From NCBI GenBank assembly GCA_963749705.1, contig CAVVNQ010000002.1, positions 169,024 to 233,023 on the forward strand: a DNA stretch of 64,000 nt, written 5' to 3'. Both the position numbers and the translations under genes were made by a program. Origin of the DNA: an uncultured Chloroflexia bacterium (lineage in GTDB: Bacteria > Chloroflexota > Limnocylindria > Limnocylindrales > CSP1-4). The notes under the pieces were generated by a model. It had not been told where the DNA came from and did no database searches. It saw only the letters and a program-made list of their open reading frames with translations. How positions within the stretch are numbered: the stretch's first letter is position 1; every line of letters begins with the position of its first letter. Shown piece by piece: positions 47,553 through 56,427 of this stretch.

Positions 47553-47951
47553 ATGCCGGAGCCGTCACTGTACGACCAGGTCGGCGGGATGCCGTTCTTC
47601 GAGCGGCTCGTCGACCACTTCTACCGCGGCGTCGAGGGCGATCCCGCGCTGCTGGCGCTGTATCCGAACCAGGCCGACCTGGTCGGCGCGCGGCGGCGCC
47701 TGACGCTGTTCCTGGTCCAGTACTGGGGAGGTCCGACGACCTACCTGGAGGAGCGCGGCCACCCGCGGCTGCGCGCGCGCCACTCGCCGTTCGCAATCGG
47801 ATCGCCCGAGCGGGATCGATGGCTGGTGCACATGCGCGCCGCCATCGACGCGTCGGACGCCCCAGACGACGCTCGCCGCCAGCTGCACGAGTACGTCACG
47901 ATGGCCGCCGATGCGATGCGCAACCGTGAGGATCTGCCCGCCGCAACCTGA
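47553..47951 (+). CDS. glbO: Group II truncated hemoglobin
   Basis: SLYDQVGGMPFFERLVDHFYRGVEGDPALLALYP...LFLVQYWGGPTTYLEERGHPRLRARHSPFAIG..RDRWL. Confidence 0.88.
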   Translation: MPEPSLYDQVGGMPFFERLVDHFYRGVEGDPALLALYPNQADLVGARRRLTLFLVQYWGGPTTYLEERGHPRLRARHSPFAIGSPERDRWLVHMRAAIDASDAPDDARRQLHEYVTMAADAMRNREDLPAAT

Positions 47952-47975
47952 CCCGCTGGTACGATGCCGGTGCGC

Positions 47976-48051
47976 GCCCCCGTAGCTCAGTGGATAGAGC
48001 GCAGCCGTCCTAAGGCTGGCGTCGGCGGTTCGAATCCGTCCGGGGGCGCCA
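47976..48051 (+). tRNA. tRNA-Arg (anticodon CCT), CCA encoded
   Basis: Acceptor GCCCCCG/CGGGGGC, D arm GCTC-AGTGGATA-GAGC, anticodon stem CAGCC/GGCTG with loop GTCCTAA, T arm GGCGG-TTCGAAT-CCGTC. Confidence 0.93.
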
Positions 48052-48117
48052 TACGCAGACTCTCCGCAGTACCGCAACACCCGCCGCGGCGATTGGCGCC
48101 ATCATGGTCTCGACACC

Positions 48118-48597
48118 ATGATCGACATCCCGCTCCCCGAGCATGGCTGGTTCTGTGTGCCGACGCCGGACGGAGGGCTCGCCTGTGGCCGAAACGACGA
48201 CGTCCTCACCGGCTGCTGGAACATTCGCACCGGAGAGGCGATCGTCGAGCAGCTCCGCGCAGCCAACGGCGGGGCCGACGGGGTGCTGCTGCTCGAGGTC
48301 CACGTCCACCTGCGGGAGATCAACGAGGCCCACGGCCATGCCGTGGGGGACGACGTGCTGCGGGCCGTTGCTGCGCGGCTGCGCTCGCTTCCGTCAGGTG
48401 CATACGCATATCGAAGCGGAGGTGTCACGTTCGTGCTCCCCGCGACCGCGGCGCCGGGAGGCGATGGAGGCATCGCTGCGGAGGTACTCGCTGCCCTGGG
48501 CCAACCGGTCCTCACGCGGGCGGGCACGGTCCCAGTTCGGGTTGAGGTCGCCGTCTCGCCCGAGGGCGACTCGGTCGCCGTGGACGCCCTTGCATAA
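48118..48597 (+). CDS. Stand-alone degenerate GGDEF-like domain protein
   Basis: REINEAHGHAVGDDVLRAVAARLRSL..AYRSGGVTFVLPAT...VEVAVS follows the GGDEF-domain pattern, but the signature is SGGVTF and the upstream Asp motif is missing. Confidence 0.55.
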   Translation: MIDIPLPEHGWFCVPTPDGGLACGRNDDVLTGCWNIRTGEAIVEQLRAANGGADGVLLLEVHVHLREINEAHGHAVGDDVLRAVAARLRSLPSGAYAYRSGGVTFVLPATAAPGGDGGIAAEVLAALGQPVLTRAGTVPVRVEVAVSPEGDSVAVDALA

Positions 48598-49020
48598 GCC
48601 TGAGCCGAGCCGTTCGCGGGCTTGGGGGGCATGACGCCCGACCACGTGGTGACATTCCAGCCACAGATCCGTGAGTGGGACAGTGAGGCCGGGGACTCGT
48701 CGTCAGTTCGGCCCCCGCCCCGCCTTGCGTCGGCGTGCGAGAATCGCGGTCTCGCCCCTTCGGGGCGACCATGTGAGGTCTGCAGGCCATCCGCGCTGAT
48801 CGAAGTCCGGGCATGAAGACCGGCACGCCAGGCGCCTCACGGATCGGGCTCCTGGCCGGCAGGGTGCGAGCGGTGTGTCGGCGCGCCCTGGCCGCGACGC
48901 TGCGTGTCCTGCTGGACGACACCGGTGGCATCGACGACGCCGCCCTTCCCTCGGGCTTCGCCGCCCCGTATCAGCGGGGAAGTCGCGCGGTTCGCAACCT
49001 CTGGCACATACCCTTCTGAC

Positions 49021-49045
49021 ACCACCGGGTTGTTGCCGCGGTGGT
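49021..49045 (-). terminator. Hairpin downstream of the DUF3267 gene (candidate terminator)
   Basis: accaccg-N11-cggtggt: 7-bp stem, 49 nt beyond the minus-strand stop at 49094. No U-tract. Confidence 0.3.
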
Positions 49046-49093
49046 CAGGCGTAGGCCACCAATCTGGCAGCTGCCAACGGTCCAGCCTGCGCC

Positions 49094-49723
49094 TCAAGCG
49101 GAACCGGCATCGTCCCGCTGCCGTGCGCTGATTCGATGGAACCGGATCCCGTCGCGCAGGTCCTCGCACATCGTCGTGGATGGTTCCCCGAGCGCGCGTA
49201 GTATCGCGAACCCGTCGCCGACACAGCCGCCGAGGTGGATGGCGAGGGGCACGATCAGGTACGGGCCCCACGGGCCGAAGCAGGCAAGGAACCCGAGCCC
49301 GGAGATCGCCACCGCGGGGGCGGCCGCGATCACCAAATACTGGCGACGGGTGAACCGGTGCCCCTCGGCTGTTGCGTACAGCGCGGGGACTGCGTGACCG
49401 ACCAGCATCGAGCCGAACGAGGGCCGAGCACCGAAGCCCAGCATGGCCATGCCGTGGATCGCCTCGTGCGCGACCATCAGCAGGGCCGTGAGGGCGACCA
49501 CGACGAGGACATCGACGACCCCAAACTGGAACGAGCCCGAGACCGCGCCCGTCCGGAGGACCACCGGCAACGAGAACAGGACGAGGCCGGCGACGGCGAT
49601 GCCGATGCCGACGACGTTCCAGGCAATCCCCGCCGAGGTGCCCGGCAGCCAGTCGACAACCTCGGATTTCGCCTCCGGGTCTCGAGCGGCGCCAAATTCA
49701 GCGCGGCGGTCCTGCGTGATCAC
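49094..49723 (-). CDS. DUF3267-like putative zincin membrane peptidase
   Basis: HEAIHGMAM (HExxH) within a polytopic membrane protein of about 200 aa. Confidence 0.7.
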   Translation of the reverse strand: MITQDRRAEFGAARDPEAKSEVVDWLPGTSAGIAWNVVGIGIAVAGLVLFSLPVVLRTGAVSGSFQFGVVDVLVVVALTALLMVAHEAIHGMAMLGFGARPSFGSMLVGHAVPALYATAEGHRFTRRQYLVIAAAPAVAISGLGFLACFGPWGPYLIVPLAIHLGGCVGDGFAILRALGEPSTTMCEDLRDGIRFHRISARQRDDAGSA

Positions 49724-49794
49724 GCGTCGACATTAGCGGCACGGCCCCCCCGCCAGAAGGGCCGGTTGGCGGGCAGGTCGTCGATGTTCACCAC

Positions 49795-50223
49795 TCACTC
49801 CAGCGACATGGCTCGACGTGCGCCACCGGGCAGCGTCGCGAGGTCGGCGGCGCGACGCACGAAGTCGCACAGGATCGCCTCGTCGATGTGGATCGACGGC
49901 TCGAACGTGAAGTAGCGGAACTGCTTCAGCCGTTCCTCGGCGCCGTGGAGCAGGAGCTGCGGATCGGCGAGGAGCGTCCCGTGCTCGAACCCGAGGTGGA
50001 TGTGCCTCCGCTCCGGGCCGATCCAGGCGAAGTTCCGGATGCGCTTGCCCTTTGGGAGGGAGTAGGCGACCCACCGCCAGCCGGGCCGCACCTTCTCCAC
50101 CGCCTCGGGGACCGTGCGGAGGATCAGGGACCGGAGCGTCATCCCCGTCGCACGGATCGCCTCGGGGTAGTCGTCCAGGAGGAGCTCGACAGGCTGGGTG
50201 TCGTCCATGCGGTCATTGTGCAA
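49795..50223 (-). CDS. DUF1801 (YdhG-like) domain protein, second copy in the window
   Basis: LLDDYPEAIRATGMTLRSLILRTVPEAVEKVRPGWRWVAYSLP. Confidence 0.75.
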   Translation of the reverse strand: MHNDRMDDTQPVELLLDDYPEAIRATGMTLRSLILRTVPEAVEKVRPGWRWVAYSLPKGKRIRNFAWIGPERRHIHLGFEHGTLLADPQLLLHGAEERLKQFRYFTFEPSIHIDEAILCDFVRRAADLATLPGGARRAMSLE

Positions 50224-50320
50224 CGCGTCGTCGCCGAGTCGTGTCAGGATTGGAGCCTGACGAGGAGGATGCAGTGCCGCGATCCCAGAGGTTCACGTTG
50301 TCAGACCCCGAGGAACGCTG

Positions 50321-50692
50321 GTGGGCGGTCATGCCATGAGCACCACGGCCGGCCATCGGATCTTCACGACGACCGTCGCCTCGGTCTACCCGCTCTACGT
50401 CGCCAAGGTGGAGCGGAAGGGCCGCACCCAGGACGAGCTCGACGCGGTGATCGAGTGGCTGACGGGCTACGACGACGCGGAGCTGCGCCGCCACCTCGAT
50501 GCCGGGACGACTTTCGAGGACTTCTTTGCCGCGGCGAGCCTGCACCCGAACGTGACGCAGATCACCGGCGTGGTCTGCGGCGTGCGCGTGGAGGCGATCG
50601 AGGACCCGCTGATGCAGCAGATCCGCTACCTCGACAAGCTCGTCGACGAGCTCGCCAAAGGCAGGGCGCTGGAGAAGATCCTCCGCGCCTGA
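50321..50692 (+). CDS. DUF2200 family protein
   Basis: [37 protein letters not shown]; start may be ATG 50336. Confidence 0.75.
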   Translation: MGGHAMSTTAGHRIFTTTVASVYPLYVAKVERKGRTQDELDAVIEWLTGYDDAELRRHLDAGTTFEDFFAAASLHPNVTQITGVVCGVRVEAIEDPLMQQIRYLDKLVDELAKGRALEKILRA

Positions 50693-50775
50693 CGGCATCC
50701 GGACGGGCTTGCGGTCCGCGCTATCCTCGCCCGGAGGGCCCGCGCAGGCCGGCCCCAGCCTGAATTGAGGGACCC

Positions 50776-51195
50776 ATGGCCGCCGATCCCAAGCTCGATC
50801 GCCTTCGTTCCGTCCCACTGTTCGCCGGCCTCGGGTCACGCGAGATCGAGCGCCTCGGTCAGCTGGCAGACGAGGTCGACGTCCCGGCGGGCCATGTCCT
50901 GATGCGCCAGGGTGATCGGGGCAACGAGATGTTCGTCCTGGTCAGCGGCAAGGTGTCCGTGGAGCGAGAGGGCCGGGCCCTGGGCGAGCGAGGCGCCGGC
51001 TCCGTGCTGGGCGAGATCGCGCTGCTTGCGGAGATGCCCCGCACGGCGACGGTTATCGCGATCGAGCCGTCGCGACTGTTCGTGGTGGGACATCGCGAGT
51101 TCCATTCCCTGATGGATCAGATGCCGTCGGTGAGGACCTCCGTCCTCGAAGTCCTCGCGAGCCGGATCGCCGCCCTGGATCCCGACGCGTCCTGA
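50776..51195 (+). CDS. Stand-alone cyclic-nucleotide-binding (CAP effector) domain protein
   Basis: LRSVPLFAGLGSREIERL..., GDRGNEMFVLVSGKV, LGEIALL...PRTATV. Confidence 0.85.
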   Translation: MAADPKLDRLRSVPLFAGLGSREIERLGQLADEVDVPAGHVLMRQGDRGNEMFVLVSGKVSVEREGRALGERGAGSVLGEIALLAEMPRTATVIAIEPSRLFVVGHREFHSLMDQMPSVRTSVLEVLASRIAALDPDAS

Positions 51196-51213
51196 CCGCA
51201 GCGCCGCCCGCCT

Positions 51214-51230
51214 GACGACGCAGCGTCGTC
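51214..51230 (+). terminator. Hairpin after the cNMP-binding gene
   Basis: gacgac-gcagc-gtcgtc: 6-bp stem, 19 nt after the stop, between convergent genes. Confidence 0.4.
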
Positions 51231-51261
51231 CAACCCCTCTGCCTGACGCCGGGGCTCGGCT

Positions 51262-51288
51262 GATGCCTCGTGCGGCGTGCGAGGCATC
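51262..51288 (-). terminator. Hairpin after the tetR-family gene
   Basis: gatgcctcg-N9-cgaggcatc: perfect 9-bp stem, 11 nt beyond the minus-strand stop at 51299. Confidence 0.5.
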
Positions 51289-51298
51289 GCAGCCCTGA

Positions 51299-51922
51299 TC
51301 ACCCGGACCGTGGCGCCGGAGCGGGGGACACGGGCAGGGGGTCGAGGAGGTATCGCCGCACCACGGGTGTGATCCACGCCGCGAGCTGGTCGGGCTCGAG
51401 GCTTGCCAGCGGCTCGATCCGGAGGATGTTCCGCGCCAGCACCAGCCCGGCGGTCAGGGAGGCGAGCAGCGAGGCGCGGAGCTCGGGCTGGTCGGCGCCG
51501 ATCTGCTCGGCGATCGGCCGCAGCATCCGTTGGGTGAGGAACTCCCGGGCCATGACCGACGCCTCCGGGTCCGAGGCCGCAGCACGCACGAGCCCGGATG
51601 TCACGCGCTGGAAATGGTCGTCGACGAGCGAGCCGACGAGGAACTCAGCCAGGGCCTTGGCCGGATCGCTACCGGAGCGCAGGACCGTGGGCAGGAGCGC
51701 GCGTGGGTCGGCCGGCGGCTCCACGACCTCCAGGAACAGGCGCTGCTTGGATCCGAAGTAATGGGTGACCAGCCGCGAGTCAACGCCGGCGTCCTCGGCG
51801 ATACCGCGAACCGTGGTGCGGTCGTAGCCGAGCTCGGCGAACAGGCGGCCGGCGGACGCCAGGATCTGATCTCGGGTCCTGGGCCGGCCCGGTCGGCGGC
51901 CCGGTCGTGCGGTGTCGGTCAC
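51299..51922 (-). CDS. TetR/AcrR family transcriptional regulator
   Basis: N-terminal HTH RDQILASAGRLFAELGYDRTTVRGIAEDAGVDSRLVTHYFGSK. Divergent from the MFS gene. Confidence 0.9.
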   Translation of the reverse strand: MTDTARPGRRPGRPRTRDQILASAGRLFAELGYDRTTVRGIAEDAGVDSRLVTHYFGSKQRLFLEVVEPPADPRALLPTVLRSGSDPAKALAEFLVGSLVDDHFQRVTSGLVRAAASDPEASVMAREFLTQRMLRPIAEQIGADQPELRASLLASLTAGLVLARNILRIEPLASLEPDQLAAWITPVVRRYLLDPLPVSPAPAPRSG

Positions 51923-52014
51923 GGGTCAATCGTGCCCCAGTTGAGAACGGCTTGCGTCAAAGGGTTGACGACCTCCGGTAGTATATCCACACACGTGGAA
52001 ATAGGAGAAGAGAG

Positions 52015-53592
52015 ATGGATGCGTCCCCCGAGATCGTGATCGTCAGCCCCCGCAGACGGCGAGCCGTCCTCGGGGTCGTCGCCGTGTCCCTGATGATGGT
52101 GGTGTCCGCCGTCAGCGGGCTCAACGTCGCCCTGCCCAGCCTCGCCACCGAGACGGGCGCCACGCAGTCGCAGCTGCAGTGGATCGTCGATGCCTACACC
52201 GTCGTGTTCGCGGGCCTGCTGTTGTTTGCGGGGGCGGTGGGGGACCGGTTCGGACGGCGCGAGACGCTGATGGGGGGCCTGGCCGTGTTCGGGCTGTCGG
52301 CCCTGGGTGCGATGTTCACGTCGGACCCGACGGTCCTGATCGGCCTCCGCGCCGGGATGGGGATCGGCGCCGCGTTCGTGATGCCCACGACCTTGTCGGT
52401 GATCACGACCTCGTTTCCTGCGGATGAGCGCGGGCGCGCCGTTGGCGTGTGGGTCGGGGTGGCCGGTGGAGGTGCCGTGCTGGGCCTGTTCGGGGCGGGC
52501 CTGCTCCTCGAGTGGTTCTCCTGGAACTCGTTCTTCGCGCTCAATGTCGTCCTCGCCGTCATCGCGCTGATCGGGACGGTCGCGCTCATCCCCACCAGCC
52601 GCGATGCCGATCCGCCGGCGCTCAACGCGGGCAGCGCCGTGCTGTCGCTGATCGGAATCTCGGCGCTCGTGTTCGGGATCATCGAGGGTCCCACGTCGGG
52701 GTGGGACGACCCGTCGGTGGTCGTCGCCCTGGTCGGCGGGGTCGTCGCCCTGGTGCTCTTCGTTGCCGTGGAGCTGCGGGCAACGGCGCCCATGCTCGAC
52801 CCGCGGCTGTTCCTGCTCCGCGGGTTCGGCACCGGATCGCTGTCGATCAGCGCGCAGTTCTTCGCGGCCTTCGGCTTCTTCTTCATCGTCATGCAGTACC
52901 TGCAGTTCGTGAACGGGTTCTCGCCGCTCACCGCGGCCGCCGCGCTGCTGCCGATGCCGTTCGTCCTGATCCCGACCGCGCGCAACGCTCCGCGACTCGC
53001 CGATCGGTTCGGGTTCTCGCGGGTCGGGGCGCTGGGGTTGACGCTGATCGCGGCCGGGTTCCTCGTGATCTCCGCGCTCGGGCCGGACCTCGTCTATTGG
53101 CAGTTCGCGATCGGCGTCGTGCTGTTCGCGATGGGCATGGGCATGGCCGGTACGCCGGCGACCACCGCGATCGTGTCCTCGCTGCCCGCCGCCAAACAGG
53201 GCGTTGCGTCCGCCGTCAACGACACGGCACGCGAGGTGGGCAGCGCGTTCGGGATCGCGATCCTCGGCAGCGTCCTCAACAGCACGTACCGGGATGCGAT
53301 GGCCGGGGCGGTCGCCGGGTTGCCGCCGCAGGTCGCCGAGGCGGCAAGGAGCTCGATCGCGTTCGTCCAGTTCGGGCCGATCGAGCAGCTGGGTGAGCGC
53401 GGCGCGGCCCTCGTGACCGCCGCCAACCAGGCGTTTGCGAGCGGCGTGTCGGCCGCCGTCCTCACCGCGAGCGTGGTGCTGATCGGCGCGGCGGTCGTGG
53501 TCCTGGCGTTCGGGCCGCGCGGTGCCGCCGCGCGGGCGGCGACGGCCGTCGGCCGCGACGAGACCGCCGAGCTCGAGGCGGTTGCCGGGTAG
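52015..53592 (+). CDS. MFS transporter, DHA2 (EmrB/QacA-like, 14-TM) drug:H+ antiporter family
   Basis: LNVALPSL, QWIVDAYTVVFAGLLLFAGAVGDRFGRR, 14 hydrophobic segments. Paired with a divergent TetR gene. Confidence 0.9.
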   Translation: MDASPEIVIVSPRRRRAVLGVVAVSLMMVVSAVSGLNVALPSLATETGATQSQLQWIVDAYTVVFAGLLLFAGAVGDRFGRRETLMGGLAVFGLSALGAMFTSDPTVLIGLRAGMGIGAAFVMPTTLSVITTSFPADERGRAVGVWVGVAGGGAVLGLFGAGLLLEWFSWNSFFALNVVLAVIALIGTVALIPTSRDADPPALNAGSAVLSLIGISALVFGIIEGPTSGWDDPSVVVALVGGVVALVLFVAVELRATAPMLDPRLFLLRGFGTGSLSISAQFFAAFGFFFIVMQYLQFVNGFSPLTAAAALLPMPFVLIPTARNAPRLADRFGFSRVGALGLTLIAAGFLVISALGPDLVYWQFAIGVVLFAMGMGMAGTPATTAIVSSLPAAKQGVASAVNDTAREVGSAFGIAILGSVLNSTYRDAMAGAVAGLPPQVAEAARSSIAFVQFGPIEQLGERGAALVTAANQAFASGVSAAVLTASVVLIGAAVVVLAFGPRGAAARAATAVGRDETAELEAVAG

Positions 53593-53619
53593 CGTCGGAC
53601 CGGGAACCGGATCAACGGA

Positions 53620-53647
53620 AGAGGCCCGCCGTCGCCGGCGGGCCTCT
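53620..53647. terminator. Bidirectional intrinsic-terminator-like hairpin between convergent genes
   Basis: agaggcccgccg-tcgc-cggcgggcctct: perfect 12-bp stem, followed by cctcttct on the + strand. Confidence 0.75.
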
Positions 53648-53673
53648 CCTCTTCTGCTGGGTTCAGCCCCGGG

Positions 53674-56427
53674 TTACAGGCCCGCGGCGCTGATCATCCA
53701 GATGCCGCGACCGTGGGTCGCTGCGTACAGATTGCCATCGGGGCCAAGCTCCACGTCCATCACGACGGTGGCCGGGAAGTTGGAGCCGAGGCGCTGCCAG
53801 GTGGTGCTGCCCGACGCGCGGTAGAGCACGCCGAGGTCCGTGCCGACGACGATGCCGCCGGTGGACGTGACCTTGATGCTGCTGGCCGGAACATCCGGGA
53901 AGTTGCCGGCAACCTTCGGATCGCCGCCGATGTCGGTCCAGGTCGCACCGTGGTCGGTCGACTCGAAGATGTGGCCGATGCCGGCGCCCGGACCCTCGGT
54001 GAAGCGGCGGCTGAAGCCATTCATCGCGAGGAACAGGTTGCCGTCACCGTCGACGGCAACACCGCCGACGTAGCGGTTCGGTACCACGTCGCCGCCGAGC
54101 GAGCCGTCAAGCGTCGCCTCGCTCCAGTCCCACTTCGTTCCATTGAAGTGGCCCACGGACACGCCGCGCGTGAACCCGGCGTTGTTGCAGCCGCCGCACC
54201 AGCCGGCGATCGCAGTGTCGCCGGTGTATGCGATGGCCGTCGCGACCTGGGCTCCGCTGCCCGGGAACGTGTACACCTTGTCCCACTCACTGCCGGAACG
54301 GATGTCGAACCCGTTCGACTGGAACCAGATGCTGTGCCCGCCGGCGAGCCAGTTGTCGATGTTGCCGGCATCGGCCGCGAACGGCGCGATGAACCGGGCG
54401 TTGATGTCGGGCGGCGAGATGTCGACGGTCGTGGCGAGGCTCTTGTCGAAGAACGCGCCGTAGGTCGGGTCCTGCGGGTTGGCGCAGGTCCAGGTGACCT
54501 CCATCGACAGGTAGACGTACTCCTGGACGATGTTGCAGCCGTTGTTCGGGTCGACGAGGACGTCGCCGCCATCGCCGCCGAAGTTGGAGCTCATGGCAGA
54601 CCCGCCGACTCGCATCACCGAGCCGCCGTTGTCCTGGAGGCCGCCGCTCACGATCGCGCCGGTGCCCGCCGGAGCCAGGTCCGCGTTGTCAGCGGCAAGC
54701 CCGACGCCCACCGCGTAATACTGGAGCGCGTCGATGGAGCCGTCGTTGAGGCTCTTCCAGTCGATCGCGTTGCCGTTGCGGTCGACCTTGCCGTTGATCG
54801 GCCGGCGGTAGACGCCGCCGTCATTGCCGACGTAGACGTAGGTCTTGCCGTGGTACGTGCCGACGGCAGCCGAGTGCTGGTCGGGATGTGTCGTCTGGGG
54901 GCAGCGGTTCGCCGCCGGCGACGTTCCCTCGGGGTTCGACGGATAGACGCTGTCCGGCGCCCAGCAGCTGAAGTAGAAGTTCCAGTACGGGCCGACGGTG
55001 TTCCAGCCGGAGCCACCATTGGTCGTCTCGTAGACCTCCTCGAGGCCCGCGTACACGTGATCCGCATTCTGCGGGTCGACGATCAGGAACTGGTTGTACC
55101 AGCTCTGGATGCCCGGGCCGTAGCCCTTGCCGCCGATGCTCTGCTTGAGCGCCGACCCGGAGTTGGCGAGCTTGCGCTGGTCGGCGACCTTGGTCCACGG
55201 CCCGGTGATCGAGCCGTTCTTCGAGACGTAGATGCCGTCCAGGTAGCTGTTGACCGTCCCGGTCAGCTTGTTGAGCAGCACCGGTGACTGGTTCATGACG
55301 TACAGCTTCGAGCCGTCGGAGGCCCAGGCGAAGCTCGCGTTGCCGATGTCCTTGGGGTTGATCGCCCCGGTCGGGTTGATCTTGACCCAGTCGTTGCCGC
55401 TGCCGGCGTCGTGGGTCTCGTAGAAGCCGTTGTACGCGTCGCCGCTGCGCCAGCCGACGGCCGCGATCACGTGGGTCGGGTCGTTGGGGTCGACGGCGAT
55501 GTCGTTGACGATGTTCTTGTAGGCAGCGTTCGCGTTCGTTGCATCGGCCCCACCGGGCAGGAACGACGGGTTGGGCGCGAACGACCGGGTCCAGGCCCCG
55601 CTCGTGTCGGAGGCGCTGTGGTAGTACACGCCGCGGAGGGTGGCGACCCAGGCGAGCCCGTTGCCGCCGAACCGGATGGCGTTGATGGTCGTGCTCTCGA
55701 GCTCATCGCCGCCGACGCGGTCTGCCATCGTGAACTCGCCGCTCGTGGGGTCGGCGAGCCGGTAGACGCCGCTGCCGACGTAGCTGGTGCCGCCCGTGTT
55801 CGCCTCGCCCGTGGCGTACCACAGCGAGCCGTCAGGGGCGAGCTGGAGGTCGCCGGTCGAGAGGGACGGGAGCTTGTCCGCGATCGGGGTCCACTGGCCG
55901 CCGCCCGTTGAGGAGCGCCACACGCCGCCGTCGGCGCCGCCCGCGTACACGTGCCCGCTGCCGTCGGCCGCGAGGCCCGTGATCCGCCCGGTCACCAGGC
56001 CCGAGCCGCCGCTGGAGTTGGAGTAGTAGTCCCGGTAGTTGGGATCGTCCGCGTTGTACGGGACGTTCGTGACCTCGTCCCAGCTTCCGCCGGTGGCGGT
56101 GAGCCCGGTCAGATGGCCGTAGGCGTCGGAGTACGCACCGGCATTGACGATGCCCGGCGCGGTGCGCGCCTGGGCGAACTGCTCCATTGCGGTCTGGAGC
56201 TCGGCTGCCTCGCCGCCCGCTCCGCCGTTGGCGACGCCCTGCGACCCTTCCTGCAGGTCCTTCTCGTCAAGGGCGCCGAGGAACTCCTCTGCCGCTCGCG
56301 GCAGCAACGTCTGGTCCTGGTCCTTCGCATCGCGCGGGGCGGACAGTCGTCCGACCGCCAGAACGCCGGCGACCAGCATCACAACGGCGCCGAGCACGAG
56401 TGCACGGCGCCGCGTCAACGACATCAT
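53674..56427 (-). CDS. Large secreted BNR/Asp-box repeat protein (sortilin/GH74-like double beta-propeller)
   Basis: GGAGGAAG RBS before ATGATG; signal/TM RRRALVLGAVVMLVAGVLAV; repeated Asp-box motifs (SSTGGGQWTPI, THDAGSGNDWVKI, TTNGGSGWNTV, STDHGATWTDI). Confidence 0.8.
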   Translation of the reverse strand: MMSLTRRRALVLGAVVMLVAGVLAVGRLSAPRDAKDQDQTLLPRAAEEFLGALDEKDLQEGSQGVANGGAGGEAAELQTAMEQFAQARTAPGIVNAGAYSDAYGHLTGLTATGGSWDEVTNVPYNADDPNYRDYYSNSSGGSGLVTGRITGLAADGSGHVYAGGADGGVWRSSTGGGQWTPIADKLPSLSTGDLQLAPDGSLWYATGEANTGGTSYVGSGVYRLADPTSGEFTMADRVGGDELESTTINAIRFGGNGLAWVATLRGVYYHSASDTSGAWTRSFAPNPSFLPGGADATNANAAYKNIVNDIAVDPNDPTHVIAAVGWRSGDAYNGFYETHDAGSGNDWVKINPTGAINPKDIGNASFAWASDGSKLYVMNQSPVLLNKLTGTVNSYLDGIYVSKNGSITGPWTKVADQRKLANSGSALKQSIGGKGYGPGIQSWYNQFLIVDPQNADHVYAGLEEVYETTNGGSGWNTVGPYWNFYFSCWAPDSVYPSNPEGTSPAANRCPQTTHPDQHSAAVGTYHGKTYVYVGNDGGVYRRPINGKVDRNGNAIDWKSLNDGSIDALQYYAVGVGLAADNADLAPAGTGAIVSGGLQDNGGSVMRVGGSAMSSNFGGDGGDVLVDPNNGCNIVQEYVYLSMEVTWTCANPQDPTYGAFFDKSLATTVDISPPDINARFIAPFAADAGNIDNWLAGGHSIWFQSNGFDIRSGSEWDKVYTFPGSGAQVATAIAYTGDTAIAGWCGGCNNAGFTRGVSVGHFNGTKWDWSEATLDGSLGGDVVPNRYVGGVAVDGDGNLFLAMNGFSRRFTEGPGAGIGHIFESTDHGATWTDIGGDPKVAGNFPDVPASSIKVTSTGGIVVGTDLGVLYRASGSTTWQRLGSNFPATVVMDVELGPDGNLYAATHGRGIWMISAAGL

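Noticed and set aside
48118-48597. Active diguanylate cyclase
   Set aside because: The GG(D/E)EF signature is replaced by SGGVTF and the upstream catalytic Asp motif is missing, so cyclase activity is unlikely.
47976-51200. Genomic island integrated at tRNA-Arg
   Set aside because: There is no integrase, and I could not spot a direct repeat of the tRNA 3' end by eye. The genes are small DUFs rather than typical island cargo. A computational repeat search would be needed to exclude it fully.
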